NCBI GenBank assembly: GCA_028818775.1
Contig: JAPPNE010000054.1
Location: forward strand, 9,136-73,135
Direction of reading: 5' to 3'
Length of the DNA stretch: 64,000 nucleotides
From: Deltaproteobacteria bacterium
GTDB taxonomy: Bacteria > Desulfobacterota > Binatia > UBA9968 > JAJDTQ01
The notes under the pieces were generated by a model that was not told the origin of the DNA, ran no database searches, and was given only the letters and a program-made list of their open reading frames with translations. Made by a program: the position numbers and the translations under genes. Of the stretch, positions 19,932 through 30,587 are shown one piece after another (the first letter of the stretch is position 1; every line of letters begins with the position of its first letter).

Positions 19932-22199
19932 ATGGAGGTCGTCGGCACGCCACGGAACCGCATCGAGGGCGTCGACAAGGTCACGGGCGCGGCCCGATAC
20001 GCGGGCGACCTGGACATCCCCGGCGCCCTCGAGGCGCGGGTGCTGCGCAGCACCCATGCCCACGCCCGGCTTCGTTCCATCGACGTGAGCGCGGCGCTGC
20101 GCGTGCCCGGCGTGGTGGCGGTGTTGTCCCGGGAAGACCTGCGCGACATGGACCCCTACTACGGCCACTGCCTGCGCGACCGTCCGATCGTGGCCATGGA
20201 GCGGGTGCGCCACGTGGGCGAACCCGTGGCCGCGGTGGCCGCGCACAGCGCGCTGGCGGCCGAGGAGGCGGTCTCGCGCATCGAGGTCGAGTACGAAGAG
20301 CTGCCCTGCGTCACCTCGCTGGACGAGGCACTGGCGGACGGCGCGCCGGTGCTGCACGAGCGCGCGGCGGGTTCGGGCGACTTCCACGACGTGAACCTCT
20401 CGGACGCGCGCGAGCACCCCAACATCTGCCACCACGAGCACATCGAGCTGGGCGACGCGGAGCGGGGCTTCGCGCGGTCCGACGAAATCTTCGAGGACGT
20501 GTTCCATTTCCCCATGGTGTGCCACTACTCCATGGAGCCCCACGCCACCACCGCGCTGGTACAGGGCAGGCAGGTCATGCTGTGGTCCGCCTCGGCGCAT
20601 CCCTTCCTCATCCGCTCGGAACTGGCGAAGCTCTTCGGCCTTTCCATGACCGACGTGCAGGTGGTGGTGCCCTACGTCGGCGGCGCCTTCGGCGGAAAAT
20701 CGTATCTCAAGATCGAACCCTTGGTGGTGGCGCTGGCGCGGAAGACCCGGGGGCAGCCGGTGCGCCTGCAGCACTCCGTCACCGAGTCCATGCTCACCGC
20801 CCGGCGCCATTCGGCACGCTGTCACATCAAGACCGGCGTGAAGCGCGACGGCACCATCATGGCGCGCGAAGTGAAGATGTACCTGGACACGGGCGCCTAT
20901 GCCGACAACGGGCCCCGGGTGGTGGCGCGGGCGGTCCTTCGTGTGCACGGCGCCTACCGCTGCGCCAACTTCCGCTCCGACAGCTACGGCATCTACACCA
21001 ACTCCGTGCCGGCCGGTTCCATGCGCTCCATCGGCGGCCCCCAGTCGGTCTGGCCGGTGGAGGCGCAGATGGACCGCATCGCCGAAGCGCTGGGACTGGA
21101 TCCTTTGCAGTACCGCCTGCGCCACCTGCTGGGCCGTGACGAGGCAATCCGCCCGAACTCCCGCGGTGTCGACGGCGACCTGCGCGAGGGGCTTACCCGG
21201 GTGGCGGAAATGGTCCGGCAGGCGGGAGCGCCCGCGGCCGGCAGCGGCACTGGTTACGCCGTGGGGATTACCGACAGCGAGGCCAACCCGGTGTCCACGG
21301 CCATCGTGCGTCTGCTGAGCGACGGCGACGTCGTGGTCATGGCCGGCAGCACCGAGGTGGGGCAGGGCGCGCGCACGGTGCTGAGCCAGATCGTGGCCGA
21401 GGAGTTGTGCGTCCCGTTCGAGCGGGTGATGCTGCGCGGCACCGATACCCACACGACGCCGTTCGACCGCTCCACCGGCGCCAGCCGCTCCACCACGGTG
21501 ATGGGCACCGCGGTCAAGTTCGCCGCCGCCGACGTCCACCGCCAGGTCAAGGCCATTGCCGCGGAGCAGTTCGGGGTCGATCCGGAGCGGGTGATGCTCA
21601 AGGGTGGCGCGGCCTGGTGCGGCGAGGCCCGGCGGGATTTCTCGGAGGTGGTGTCAGGCTACTTCGGCATGCCCGGCGGCGAGCTCATCGGCCGCGGCTA
21701 CGTGCGCGCCGGCGGCGGCATCTCGCCGATCCTGCCGATCTTCTGGGAGGTGGGCATCGGCGGCGCCGTGGTGGCGGTGGACCGGGACACCGGCGAGCTG
21801 ACGGTGGAGCGCTACAGCAGCGTCGCGGACGTGGGCCGCGCCATCAACCCGCGTCAGGCCGAGGGCCAGGACGAGGGCGCCGCGGTCATGGCCATGGGCC
21901 ACACCCTGTTCGAGTCGTTGATCTACGCGGACGGACAGCCGCTCAATCCCAACCTCGTGGACTACCGGGTGCCGGGCTTTCGGGACATTCCCGCGACCTT
22001 CGAGTCGTGCCTGCTGGAGAACGGCGACGGCCCCGGTCCCTACGGCGCCAAGGGCATGGGCGAGGGCGGCATCATCCCGGTGGCGCCGGCCATCTGCAAC
22101 GCCCTGGCCCAGGCCACGGGCGTGCGTATCCACGAGTTGCCGCTGACGCCGGAACGCGTGTGGCGCGCGCTCCGGAAGGCGGACGCCGAACCGGCCTGA
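19932..22199 (+). CDS. Xanthine dehydrogenase family molybdopterin-binding (large) subunit
   Basis: DKVTGAARYAGD, VGGAFGGK, DTGAYA, EVGQGA, GAKGMGEGG. Alternative start 19902 overlaps the frmA stop. Confidence 0.9.
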   Translation: MEVVGTPRNRIEGVDKVTGAARYAGDLDIPGALEARVLRSTHAHARLRSIDVSAALRVPGVVAVLSREDLRDMDPYYGHCLRDRPIVAMERVRHVGEPVAAVAAHSALAAEEAVSRIEVEYEELPCVTSLDEALADGAPVLHERAAGSGDFHDVNLSDAREHPNICHHEHIELGDAERGFARSDEIFEDVFHFPMVCHYSMEPHATTALVQGRQVMLWSASAHPFLIRSELAKLFGLSMTDVQVVVPYVGGAFGGKSYLKIEPLVVALARKTRGQPVRLQHSVTESMLTARRHSARCHIKTGVKRDGTIMAREVKMYLDTGAYADNGPRVVARAVLRVHGAYRCANFRSDSYGIYTNSVPAGSMRSIGGPQSVWPVEAQMDRIAEALGLDPLQYRLRHLLGRDEAIRPNSRGVDGDLREGLTRVAEMVRQAGAPAAGSGTGYAVGITDSEANPVSTAIVRLLSDGDVVVMAGSTEVGQGARTVLSQIVAEELCVPFERVMLRGTDTHTTPFDRSTGASRSTTVMGTAVKFAAADVHRQVKAIAAEQFGVDPERVMLKGGAAWCGEARRDFSEVVSGYFGMPGGELIGRGYVRAGGGISPILPIFWEVGIGGAVVAVDRDTGELTVERYSSVADVGRAINPRQAEGQDEGAAVMAMGHTLFESLIYADGQPLNPNLVDYRVPGFRDIPATFESCLLENGDGPGPYGAKGMGEGGIIPVAPAICNALAQATGVRIHELPLTPERVWRALRKADAEPA

Positions 22200-22231
22200 A
22201 AGCGAAGGCCGGTCCCTCCCTCTCCAAGCCC

Positions 22232-22519
22232 ATGCGCTCCGCCATCGTGCTCCTGTGGCTCAGCCTCGGCTGGACCGTGCTCTGTTTCCTGCTTTACCGC
22301 GACCGGGAAGTGATCCTCCAGGCCAGCGCCCCGGTGTGGATCGCCGCCGTGGCCGGATGGATCGTCTACAGGACGGGCAGGGCTCTGGTGCGGCGGCGGC
22401 GCACCGCAGGCAAACCCCGGACAAGGAAGCGCGCCACATCCGCGACCGACTCCCGTGTCGGCGGCGCACGCCGAACTACGCGATCAACCACGCCCAGACC
22501 GCGAAAACGGACATCGTAA
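22232..22519 (+). CDS. Hypothetical small membrane protein with basic tail
   Basis: Two hydrophobic segments then an Arg/Thr-rich tail; fills the gap between genes; no family recognised. Confidence 0.4.
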   Translation: MRSAIVLLWLSLGWTVLCFLLYRDREVILQASAPVWIAAVAGWIVYRTGRALVRRRRTAGKPRTRKRATSATDSRVGGARRTTRSTTPRPRKRTS

Positions 22520-22531
22520 CGGACGTCGATA

Positions 22532-22966
22532 CTACCGGCTGATCATCCCGTCGATGGACAGCGCCCCCGCGCCGCCTATCAGCAGTGCAAATGCCATCAG
22601 GAACAGGGCGAGGCAGTATTCGATGCCCATGCCCTTGCGGCCGCCGCCGGAGAGGAAGAAGCCGAACTCCACGTGGCTCTTCCAGGTGGCCACCGCGAGA
22701 AAGATCATCAACCCCAGCGCCAGCGGGCGGGTGAAGAAGCCCAGGATCATTCCGGGCACGCTGAGCGCTTCCGTGAGGATGCCGATGACGCCGATCCAGA
22801 CGGGGATGTTGTACTTGTCGCGCCAGTTGCCCGTCTGCCCCTTGATGCCCCTGCCTCCGAACCAGCCGAAGAGGTGCATTGAAGCGTGGGCGAAAAAGGT
22901 CACCGCCAGCCCCAGGCGCAGGACGATGAAGGCCATGTTCGGTTCCGTTTGAAAGATCGCGTTCAT
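22532..22966 (-). CDS. DoxX family membrane protein
   Basis: LRLGLAVTFFAH...LFGWFGG, GFFTRP, GIEY, GAGALSID; GGAGG upstream. Confidence 0.9.
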   Translation of the reverse strand: MNAIFQTEPNMAFIVLRLGLAVTFFAHASMHLFGWFGGRGIKGQTGNWRDKYNIPVWIGVIGILTEALSVPGMILGFFTRPLALGLMIFLAVATWKSHVEFGFFLSGGGRKGMGIEYCLALFLMAFALLIGGAGALSIDGMISR

Positions 22967-22989
22967 CCTTGTCCTCCTTCGGGCCGCGT

Positions 22990-23793
22990 TCAACAGGCCA
23001 GAAACCTCCGGACCGCGGCGTGGGCCGCGTCGGGGTTCACGAAAAAGTAGCTGTGCCTCTCAGCCTTGAGCTCGACGAATTCCGCTCCCGGGATTCCGCC
23101 GGCCAGCACGTCCGCGGCTTGCCGCAGCGAGGTGTCGCTGGTGACGTTGTGCTCGTCCGAGCCCACCAGGATCAGCGCGGGCATGCGGATCTCTCCGAGG
23201 CGATCCTTCACGTCGTGCGCCTGGCGTGCGATGACGTGCCGGAAATACTGTTCCACCGGGTTGAGGTGTGCCATCCGCACCGCCAGGTAGCCTTCCACGC
23301 GATGGGGATGCTTCTTGACGAACGCGTCGGTGAAGCCCACGAGGATGCCGTGGTCGCGCAGGTACTTCTTGTAGCCCCATTCCACCATCTCCTTGGCGAT
23401 GCGCAGGGGGATGCCCGGCGTCGGGTTGACGGCGCGTCCCGAGGCGCAGATCATGGCGGAGACCCGGTCGGAATGATCAAGGGCCATGACCTGGGCCACC
23501 GAGCCGCCCATGGAATGGCCGCATACCACCGCGTCGCGCGCACCCAGGTGCTCCAGGATCGCCGCCGCGTCGTCTGCGAAGTCCTTGATACCGTAAGGCT
23601 CGGAGGGCCAGGTCGAACGCCCGGTGCCGCGGTAGTCGTACAGGATCACCTGGTGGTCCCGGGAGAACTCTGGCACTTGATGGAGCTTCCAAACGTCGCA
23701 GTGGCACGCCGTCTCGCTCAGGAACAGGAACGGACGCCCGGTGCCGTGGGTCTCGTAGTAGAGGGTAACGCCTTGTCTCTGGATGGTCGGCAC
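22990..23793 (-). CDS. Alpha/beta hydrolase
   Basis: YDYRGTGRS, nucleophile GHSMGG, candidate Asp (GSDEH) and His (ERHS). Confidence 0.88.
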   Translation of the reverse strand: MPTIQRQGVTLYYETHGTGRPFLFLSETACHCDVWKLHQVPEFSRDHQVILYDYRGTGRSTWPSEPYGIKDFADDAAAILEHLGARDAVVCGHSMGGSVAQVMALDHSDRVSAMICASGRAVNPTPGIPLRIAKEMVEWGYKKYLRDHGILVGFTDAFVKKHPHRVEGYLAVRMAHLNPVEQYFRHVIARQAHDVKDRLGEIRMPALILVGSDEHNVTSDTSLRQAADVLAGGIPGAEFVELKAERHSYFFVNPDAAHAAVRRFLAC

Positions 23794-23812
23794 GGCGGCC
23801 TCCGCGGACGCT

Positions 23813-25261
23813 TCAACGCGGCCGCACCGGGTAGCTCATGGGAGCCACGTCATCGATGGTTTCCCCCAGGGCGCGCCATTCGGGGACCGAGTCCCACAGG
23901 GGCCGGGCGCCTTCCTGGATCTGCGCCAGCAGCTCGGCTTCATCGAAACGCGTGGGACGGCCGCCTTCCAGCAGCGTCTCTCCGTCCACGATGATGGTCT
24001 CGATGTCGCTGCCGCTGCCGCCTTCCACCAGGGACTTGATGGGGTCGCGCACGGCGCCGAAGTGGGTGCGGCGCAGGTCCACGAGGATCATGTCGGCCTT
24101 GGCGCCCGGCGCCAGCCGTCCCAGGTCGTCGCGCCGCAGGGCCTTGGCGGCTCCCAGGGTGGCGGCGTTGTACACGTCGTAGGGTTTGCCGGCGCGGAAG
24201 CTTCCTTCCACAAGACGGCAGGCGAGGCCGGCCAGGCGCATCTCGTGCACCATGTCCTGCGGAAACGTGTCCGTCCCCAGCACCACGTTGATGCCGCGCT
24301 GCCGGTAGGCGTCGAAGGACTCCAGCGCGATGCCCATCTTGGCGTACTTGTACGGGGCGTGGGCTACCGAGGCGCCGCTGTCCGCCAGCATCGCCAGATC
24401 GTCGACGTATGGGTAGTGGCACCACGAGTGCCGGCCGTGAAAGACGCAGTGCCCCAGGATCACTTCCTCGCCCAGGAAACCCAGGTCGTGCAGGTACTGG
24501 ATCGGCGTCACCCCGCGCTGGCGCAAGGTCGACTGGAACTCCACGATGTTCATGGCCGTGTGGAGCTGAATGCCGATGCCGAGCTCTCCAGCGGCGCGCT
24601 TCGTGGCCTGGAGCAGCTCGGTCGTGCAGGTGTCCAGTTGGCCTGGGTACAGCATGGCGCGGATGCGGCCGTTGTGGGCGCCGTCGTGCTTCTTGGCGTA
24701 CTCCACGGCCTGCGCCAGTCCCTGCTCGCCGTTGGCCTCGTTCCAGTCCCACTGAATGCGTCCCTGGTCGTCGAGCACATAGGCGGCGCTGCGATAGCCG
24801 GCGCCGAGGTAGGCGCGCGCACCCAGTTCGCCGATCATATCCGTGAAGCCCTCGATCATGGTGCCACGGGTGCCCACGTCCAGGATGGTGGTGGCGCCGC
24901 CGCGCATGGCGGCCCACACGCCGAACTTCCCTTCGACCCCGGCCCGCGGCGGCGGCCCCATGCCCTTGGCGCCGCGTCGCATGGCCCCGTAGGAGAGGAA
25001 GTTCATCCCCAGGTAGTCACTCTTGCTGGCGTCGTTCAGCATGACGTGACGGGCGTTGGTGCCGGCGTGGATGTGGCAGTTGATGAGTCCCGGGCCGATC
25101 AGCCGGCCGCGCGCGTTGATGGTGCGGTCCACCGGTCCGTCAAAGGCGTAGCCCACGTGGACGATGCGGTTGTCCTCGTAGACCACCACGCCGTCGGGCA
25201 GCAGTTCATGGCCGCGGCCGTCGTAACCGACGACCCAGCCGCCCTGAATGAGTGTTTTCAT
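23813..25261 (-). CDS. Metal-dependent amidohydrolase (chlorohydrolase/deaminase family)
   Basis: PGLINCHIH, QLHTA, LGTDT, GAKADMILVD. Confidence 0.88.
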   Translation of the reverse strand: MKTLIQGGWVVGYDGRGHELLPDGVVVYEDNRIVHVGYAFDGPVDRTINARGRLIGPGLINCHIHAGTNARHVMLNDASKSDYLGMNFLSYGAMRRGAKGMGPPPRAGVEGKFGVWAAMRGGATTILDVGTRGTMIEGFTDMIGELGARAYLGAGYRSAAYVLDDQGRIQWDWNEANGEQGLAQAVEYAKKHDGAHNGRIRAMLYPGQLDTCTTELLQATKRAAGELGIGIQLHTAMNIVEFQSTLRQRGVTPIQYLHDLGFLGEEVILGHCVFHGRHSWCHYPYVDDLAMLADSGASVAHAPYKYAKMGIALESFDAYRQRGINVVLGTDTFPQDMVHEMRLAGLACRLVEGSFRAGKPYDVYNAATLGAAKALRRDDLGRLAPGAKADMILVDLRRTHFGAVRDPIKSLVEGGSGSDIETIIVDGETLLEGGRPTRFDEAELLAQIQEGARPLWDSVPEWRALGETIDDVAPMSYPVRPR

Positions 25262-25356
25262 GGTTGGTTCACCTCGTGATGCCGTCCCGTTGTGCTGTAC
25301 TCAAAAGACCCGCGGACTGTCAAATACAGTGTTCCGGCCGACGTGTACCCGCCGCC

Positions 25357-27594
25357 TCACCCGGCTTCGTCCCCGAAAAGGGAAGGGGGCGGAGGGGGAG
25401 CGGCGCTGCCGGCGAGCCGGGCCGCGAGGTTCGTGAGGCGGCGGGTGGAGCGGGCGTTCCTCACCGCCATGCCCAGGGCGCGGGGCTGGCCGATGATGAC
25501 CACCAGGCGCTTGCCGCGTGTCACCGCCGTGTAGATCAGGTTGCGCTGCAGCAGCAGGTAGTGCTGCATGGCCAGCGGAATCACCACCGCCGGGTACTCG
25601 GAGCCCTGGCTCTTGTGCACCGAGGTGGCGTAGGCCAGGGCGATCTCGTCCAGCTCGGTGAAGTCGTAGGATACGGTGCGTTCGTCGAAGACAACATGAA
25701 GCTGGCCCTCGTCCAGGTCCACCCGCGCCACCTGCCCGATGTCGCCGTTGAAGACCTCCTTGTCGTAGTTGTTGACGGTCTGGATGACCTTGTCCCGCGG
25801 CGCGTAGCTCCAGCCGAAGCGGCTTACCTGGGGTTCGGCGCCGGCGTTCAGGCGTTTCTGCAGCTCCACGTTGAGCGAGCGCGTGCCCAGACTGCCGCGG
25901 TTCATGGGGGTCAGCACCTGGATGTCCCGGATGGGGCTCAGGCCGAAACGCTTGGGAATGCGCTCGGTGACCACCTGGAACAGCTTGTCGTGAATCTCTT
26001 CCGGGGACTCGGCCGGAATGAAGTAAAAGTCCTGCAGCTCGCCGCTCCCGTCCGGGCTCTCGATGGGCAGGCCGTCGTTGATGCGGTGGGCGTTGACCAC
26101 GATGCTGGAGGATGCTGCCTGCCGGAAGATCTCCGTGAGCCGCACCGTCGGCACTTGTCCCGACTCGATGACGTCCTGCAGCACCGCGCCCGGCCCCACC
26201 GAGGGGAGCTGGTCCACATCGCCTACGAACAGCACCGCGGCGTGGGCGGGCACGGCCTTGAGAAGCTGGTTCATCAGCAGCACGTCGACCATGGATGCTT
26301 CGTCCACCACCAGCAGGTCCACGTCCAGGGGGTCGGCTTCATCCTTGCGAAAGCCCATTTGCCTGGGATCGAACTCCAGCAGCCGGTGGATGGTCCGCGC
26401 TTCGGCCCCGGCGGACTCCGACAGGCGCTTGGCCGCGCGCCCGGTGGGCGCGCACAGCAGCACCTGAGCGCGCCGCGCCTCCACCAGCTTGAGGATGCTG
26501 TTGACGATGGTCGTCTTGCCCACCCCCGGGCCGCCGGTCAGCACCGTGACCTTGCCGTCGAGCACGGTTTCCACGGCTCGGCGCTGCGACTCCGACAGGC
26601 TCAGGCCGGTGGCCTGTTCCACCCATGGAATCGCCCGTGCGCAGTCGATCCTGCCCCAGGGCGGGGTGCCGCGCACAAGCCGCTGCAGGTGTCCGGCCAC
26701 TCCGGCCTCGGCGCGGTAGAGCGGAGCAAGAAAGAGCGCCGGCTCGCCATTCACCGGCTCCGCCACGAGGTTCTCCGCCGCCACCTCAAGCCCGATGGCC
26801 TGCTCCACCAGCGCGGGCGCCACTTCGAGAAGCTCCACCGTGCGCTCCATCAGCTCCGGCCGGGCGCCCGCGCAATGGCCTTCGGCCGATAGCTCCCAGA
26901 GCACGTGGCGCAGGGCCGCGCGGATGCGGATCACCGAATCCTGCGGGATGCCCAGCTTGCGCGCGATGACGTCCGCGGTGAGGAAGCCGATGCCGTGGAT
27001 GTCCAGGGCCAGGCGGTAAGGGTTCTCGCGGATGTGCTCGATGGCGTCGTCGCCGTACACCCGGTAGATGCGCGCAGCGCGCGCGTTGCCGATGCCGTGG
27101 GAGTGCAGGAAGACCATGATCTCCCGGATGGCCTTCTGCTCGCGCCACGCCTCGACCACGCGCTCCTGCCGTTTGGCGCCGATGCCCTCCAGCGTGCGCA
27201 GCCGGTCCGGGTCCTGCTCGATGACGTCGAACACCTCGGCGCCGAACTCCTTGACGAGCTGGTGAGCGAAATGCGGGCCGATGCCCTTGATCAGCCCGGA
27301 GCTCAGGTATTTCTCGACTCCTTCGAGGGTGGTGGGGGGAATGACTCGCAGGGTCGCCGCGCGGAACTGGAGGCCGTAGGTGGCGTCGTTCACCCAGCCC
27401 CCCTGGCAGTCGATCTCCTCGCCCGCGTTCACCGCCCCCGCGTTGCCCACCACGGTCACCAGGTCCCTTTGGCCGCGGGCCTTTACCTGCAGGACGCAGA
27501 AGCCGCTGTCCTCGCTATGGAAGGTGACCCGCTCGACGAACCCCTGGAGCTGCTCGGTGGTGGTCGGGGGCTGCCTGACTGCCTTGTCCCACAT
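25357..27594 (-). CDS. recD2: ATP-dependent RecD-like DNA helicase
   Basis: N-terminal OB and HhH (IKGIGPHFA, LEGIGAK), GGPGVGKT, VVDEASM, GDVDQLPSVGPG, SVHKSQGSEY, RNLIYTAVTRG. Confidence 0.96.
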   Translation of the reverse strand: MWDKAVRQPPTTTEQLQGFVERVTFHSEDSGFCVLQVKARGQRDLVTVVGNAGAVNAGEEIDCQGGWVNDATYGLQFRAATLRVIPPTTLEGVEKYLSSGLIKGIGPHFAHQLVKEFGAEVFDVIEQDPDRLRTLEGIGAKRQERVVEAWREQKAIREIMVFLHSHGIGNARAARIYRVYGDDAIEHIRENPYRLALDIHGIGFLTADVIARKLGIPQDSVIRIRAALRHVLWELSAEGHCAGARPELMERTVELLEVAPALVEQAIGLEVAAENLVAEPVNGEPALFLAPLYRAEAGVAGHLQRLVRGTPPWGRIDCARAIPWVEQATGLSLSESQRRAVETVLDGKVTVLTGGPGVGKTTIVNSILKLVEARRAQVLLCAPTGRAAKRLSESAGAEARTIHRLLEFDPRQMGFRKDEADPLDVDLLVVDEASMVDVLLMNQLLKAVPAHAAVLFVGDVDQLPSVGPGAVLQDVIESGQVPTVRLTEIFRQAASSSIVVNAHRINDGLPIESPDGSGELQDFYFIPAESPEEIHDKLFQVVTERIPKRFGLSPIRDIQVLTPMNRGSLGTRSLNVELQKRLNAGAEPQVSRFGWSYAPRDKVIQTVNNYDKEVFNGDIGQVARVDLDEGQLHVVFDERTVSYDFTELDEIALAYATSVHKSQGSEYPAVVIPLAMQHYLLLQRNLIYTAVTRGKRLVVIIGQPRALGMAVRNARSTRRLTNLAARLAGSAAPPPPPSLFGDEAG

Positions 27595-27631
27595 CGGGTC
27601 GATTCCGGACCTTGCGCCTCTGCTCGCGCGC

Positions 27632-28840
27632 TCAATCGTTGCCGCGGAATATCCTGAGTCCGCGGTTGATGAGCTGCTCGATCGGGTCGTCGTCCAGCAG
27701 CCTTCCCAGGCGCGCGCCCCCGCCTCCCTGAAGCAGGCGGGCCACGAGTTGGCTCCCCGGCCTCACCCGGACATCCGGCAACGTGCCGTCGACGGCGAAG
27801 GGCAACTCGACCTCGCCTTTGCCGTTGGTGAGGATGCCGAGCCGGGAAGGGGGCACCACGTCGGCGGACAGTTCCCGCGAGAGGGTCAGTACCCCGTTGC
27901 CCTCGGTGACGCCGTCGAGGTCCACCGAGCCCCGACCCACCACGCCGTAGTCCTTGGTCCTGAGGGTGATGCGCCCGATTGTCGCTTTGCCGTCCTTGGC
28001 TTCGAATTCCCCGTCGAGTTGCTCCAGGGCGGTGGTGCCGCGCGCGAAGATGTGCGGATAGCGGTCTTTCAGGCCGCGACTGAAGAGCCCGCTCAGGCCC
28101 TGGATCCCGGTAATGCCTTCGAGTGCCCGTTCGGCCAGATTGAACTCCAGCACCCGACCGCCAACGACCGCGGCCTTGCCGGTTCCGGCGAGCGTGGGCT
28201 TGACGGCGTCCCAGGTGCGCCCTTCTCCGGTGACGCTCAGATCACCGTCCAGAGTCCCCTCCACCGGAGGGATGCCTGCGGCGCCTTCAAGGTAGGCGCC
28301 GATGTCGATGCCGCGCACACGCAACGCCGCCTCGAACGGGAAAGGGGCGTCCCGCAGTTGCGCGCGTCCATTGGCTTCCACCGTACCGTCGAGAGTCTTG
28401 AGGCGCAGGGATTTCAATACGAGCCACGGTTCCGCCGCCTCGACGGTGGCCGCGAGATCGGTGAAATCGAGTCCCGGAAGCTTTCCCCGCGACCGGTAGT
28501 GAAGAACGGCGCCGGCAACCTCGACGCGCGTGACGGTGACCTCCCGGCGCAGAAGATGGAGCTTGAGCGCGACTTGCACCTCCGGAGCCTCGAAAAAGCG
28601 TCCGGAGCCCGAGGCGGTGTCTTCGGAAACGGCGAGGCCGAGGATGCGAACACGAATGCCGCCTCTCAGCTTGACGTGCACACGATCAAAGTCGACGGTG
28701 CGGCCGGTGCGCCGTGCGGCCGCGGCGATGATCCGGTCCTTGTTCCAGGCGATGATCGTGTCGATATTGTAAAGCGCCCAACCTAGCAATGCGGCGGCAA
28801 CTATAATAAGGACCATCAACGCGATGATGAGTCTGCGCAT
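27632..28840 (-). CDS. AsmA family protein (compact)
   Basis: N-terminal TM anchor, beta-rich body, C-terminal ELPFAVDGTLPDVRVRP. Confidence 0.75.
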   Translation of the reverse strand: MRRLIIALMVLIIVAAALLGWALYNIDTIIAWNKDRIIAAAARRTGRTVDFDRVHVKLRGGIRVRILGLAVSEDTASGSGRFFEAPEVQVALKLHLLRREVTVTRVEVAGAVLHYRSRGKLPGLDFTDLAATVEAAEPWLVLKSLRLKTLDGTVEANGRAQLRDAPFPFEAALRVRGIDIGAYLEGAAGIPPVEGTLDGDLSVTGEGRTWDAVKPTLAGTGKAAVVGGRVLEFNLAERALEGITGIQGLSGLFSRGLKDRYPHIFARGTTALEQLDGEFEAKDGKATIGRITLRTKDYGVVGRGSVDLDGVTEGNGVLTLSRELSADVVPPSRLGILTNGKGEVELPFAVDGTLPDVRVRPGSQLVARLLQGGGGARLGRLLDDDPIEQLINRGLRIFRGND

Positions 28841-28966
28841 GAACGGCGTCCGGTTTCTTGGACGGGCAATCTACACCATCGCGCCGCGGAACTGAAGGCA
28901 GGTTTTTCGGCGCGTAGCCGGAACACTCATGATGCCGCGTGGTTGCGCCGGGACGGAGGCTGGCCC

Positions 28967-29380
28967 TTGAAACGCTTTGTATCCGAACGCCGGGTGGAGT
29001 TCGCCGACTGTGACTCCGCGCGAATCGTGTTCTATCCCAACTTCTACAAGTGGTTCGATCGCGCCACGGAACGGCTGTTCGCCTCGGTGGGACTGACGTA
29101 CCGCGCCATGGAAGAGCGCCACAGCGTCATCGGCCTGCCCCTCCTGGAAACCGGCGCCAAGTACCTGCGTCCCTGCCGGCATGGAGAGCGGGTGCGGTTG
29201 GAGAGCTGGGTGGACTCCTGGCGCGAGAAGGTGTTCGTGGTCCAGCACCGCATCGAGTGCGAGGGCGAGTTGGCGGTGGAGGGCTACGAGACCCGCGCCT
29301 GGGCGGCCCTCGCCGAGACCGAGCCTCGGTCCATGCGCGCCGTCGCCATCCCCGCGTCCGTCCGGGAACTGTTTTTGTAG
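28967..29380 (+). CDS. 4HBT-like acyl-CoA thioesterase (hot-dog fold)
   Basis: VEFADCDSARIVFYPNFYKWFD; TTG start after GGAGG. Confidence 0.88.
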   Translation: MKRFVSERRVEFADCDSARIVFYPNFYKWFDRATERLFASVGLTYRAMEERHSVIGLPLLETGAKYLRPCRHGERVRLESWVDSWREKVFVVQHRIECEGELAVEGYETRAWAALAETEPRSMRAVAIPASVRELFL

Positions 29381-30582
29381 TGGAACCCAGCGGCTCCCGG
29401 AGCAGTGAGCGTTGGGCGCGGCGGCTCAACTATCTGGCCGGTGCCTGCGTCTCCAGTTCCATGAGCGCGGCCGTCACCTACGTGCCGCTCTACATGAAGA
29501 GCCTGGGCTCTTCGTACTTCCTCAGCGGGCTCCCCCTGGGAGTGCGGGCCATCGGCCGCTTCGCCTTCGACGCCGCGGCCATCGTCGTGGCCGGGCGAGG
29601 GGTTCGCCCGCAGATGGTCCTTGCGCTGGGGGTCACCTTCACCGGTCTGGCGCTGCTGGCTTGTGCTTTGTTCCCCAGCGCCTATCCCGTCACCGCGGCG
29701 TTCTTTTTCATCGGCGCCGGCGTGGCGTGGGTGCAGATTGCGCTGCGGCAGATCGTGTTCGAGGGCGCGCCGGCGGGCCGGCGAGGACGCGCCCTTGGAA
29801 TTCTGAGCCTCTTCCTCGCCTCGGGCCCCATCGTGGGCATAGCGCTCGGCGGCTTCGTCTCCGAGCATCTGGGATACCGCGTGCTGTTCGCCTTGGGGGC
29901 GGGTGCCGTTCTGTGGCTGCCGCTGCTGCTGGTGCGGCTCACGCCGCGCGAGAAGAAGCCCGAAGGCCGGGAGGGGTCGCTGCACGGGCGCGTGATCCGG
30001 GAGATCCTGCGCACCCCCGGCGCGGGGCTGCTGTGCGCCTCGAGTTTCTTCTCCCTCTTCTACCAGCCGGCGCGGGCGCTGGCGCTGGCGTTCTACGCCA
30101 CCGAGTCCCTGGGCCTGTCGCTCAGCTCCTACGGCATCATGCGCGGCATCAGCCAGCTCGGCAACGTGAACGGGCGTTTCTTCGGCGGACTGTGGACCGA
30201 CCGCTCGGGCGTCGGCGCGTGCCTGGCCGCCGGCTACTTCATCTCGGCGGCGGGCTACGCGCTGGTGCCGTGGACGACGGACTTCTGGTCGCTCCTGGTC
30301 GTGCACACCGCCGTGGGTGCCGGCGCCGGCATGGTGAACCTCGCGGGCCAGGTGGGGATACTGTCGCTGTTCCCGTCTTCCATGCGCGGGCAGGCCATGG
30401 CGCTCCACCGCGCGGTGGGGGACGTGGGACTGTTCCTGGGCCCCATGGTCGTCACCGCCGGCCTGGACGCCTTCGGCTTCTTCCCGGTGTTCATGGGCCT
30501 GGCGGCGGCGCCGCTGGTGTTCGGACTGTGGACGGTGCTGGGAAGGGCGCTGCCGCGCGCGAATGCGTTGCCGGACCCTTAA
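29380..30582 (+). CDS. MFS transporter
   Basis: About 12 hydrophobic segments, GGLWTDRSG, RGQAMAL; GTG overlaps the thioesterase stop. Confidence 0.83.
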   Translation: MEPSGSRSSERWARRLNYLAGACVSSSMSAAVTYVPLYMKSLGSSYFLSGLPLGVRAIGRFAFDAAAIVVAGRGVRPQMVLALGVTFTGLALLACALFPSAYPVTAAFFFIGAGVAWVQIALRQIVFEGAPAGRRGRALGILSLFLASGPIVGIALGGFVSEHLGYRVLFALGAGAVLWLPLLLVRLTPREKKPEGREGSLHGRVIREILRTPGAGLLCASSFFSLFYQPARALALAFYATESLGLSLSSYGIMRGISQLGNVNGRFFGGLWTDRSGVGACLAAGYFISAAGYALVPWTTDFWSLLVVHTAVGAGAGMVNLAGQVGILSLFPSSMRGQAMALHRAVGDVGLFLGPMVVTAGLDAFGFFPVFMGLAAAPLVFGLWTVLGRALPRANALPDP

Positions 30583-30587
30583 GGCGG

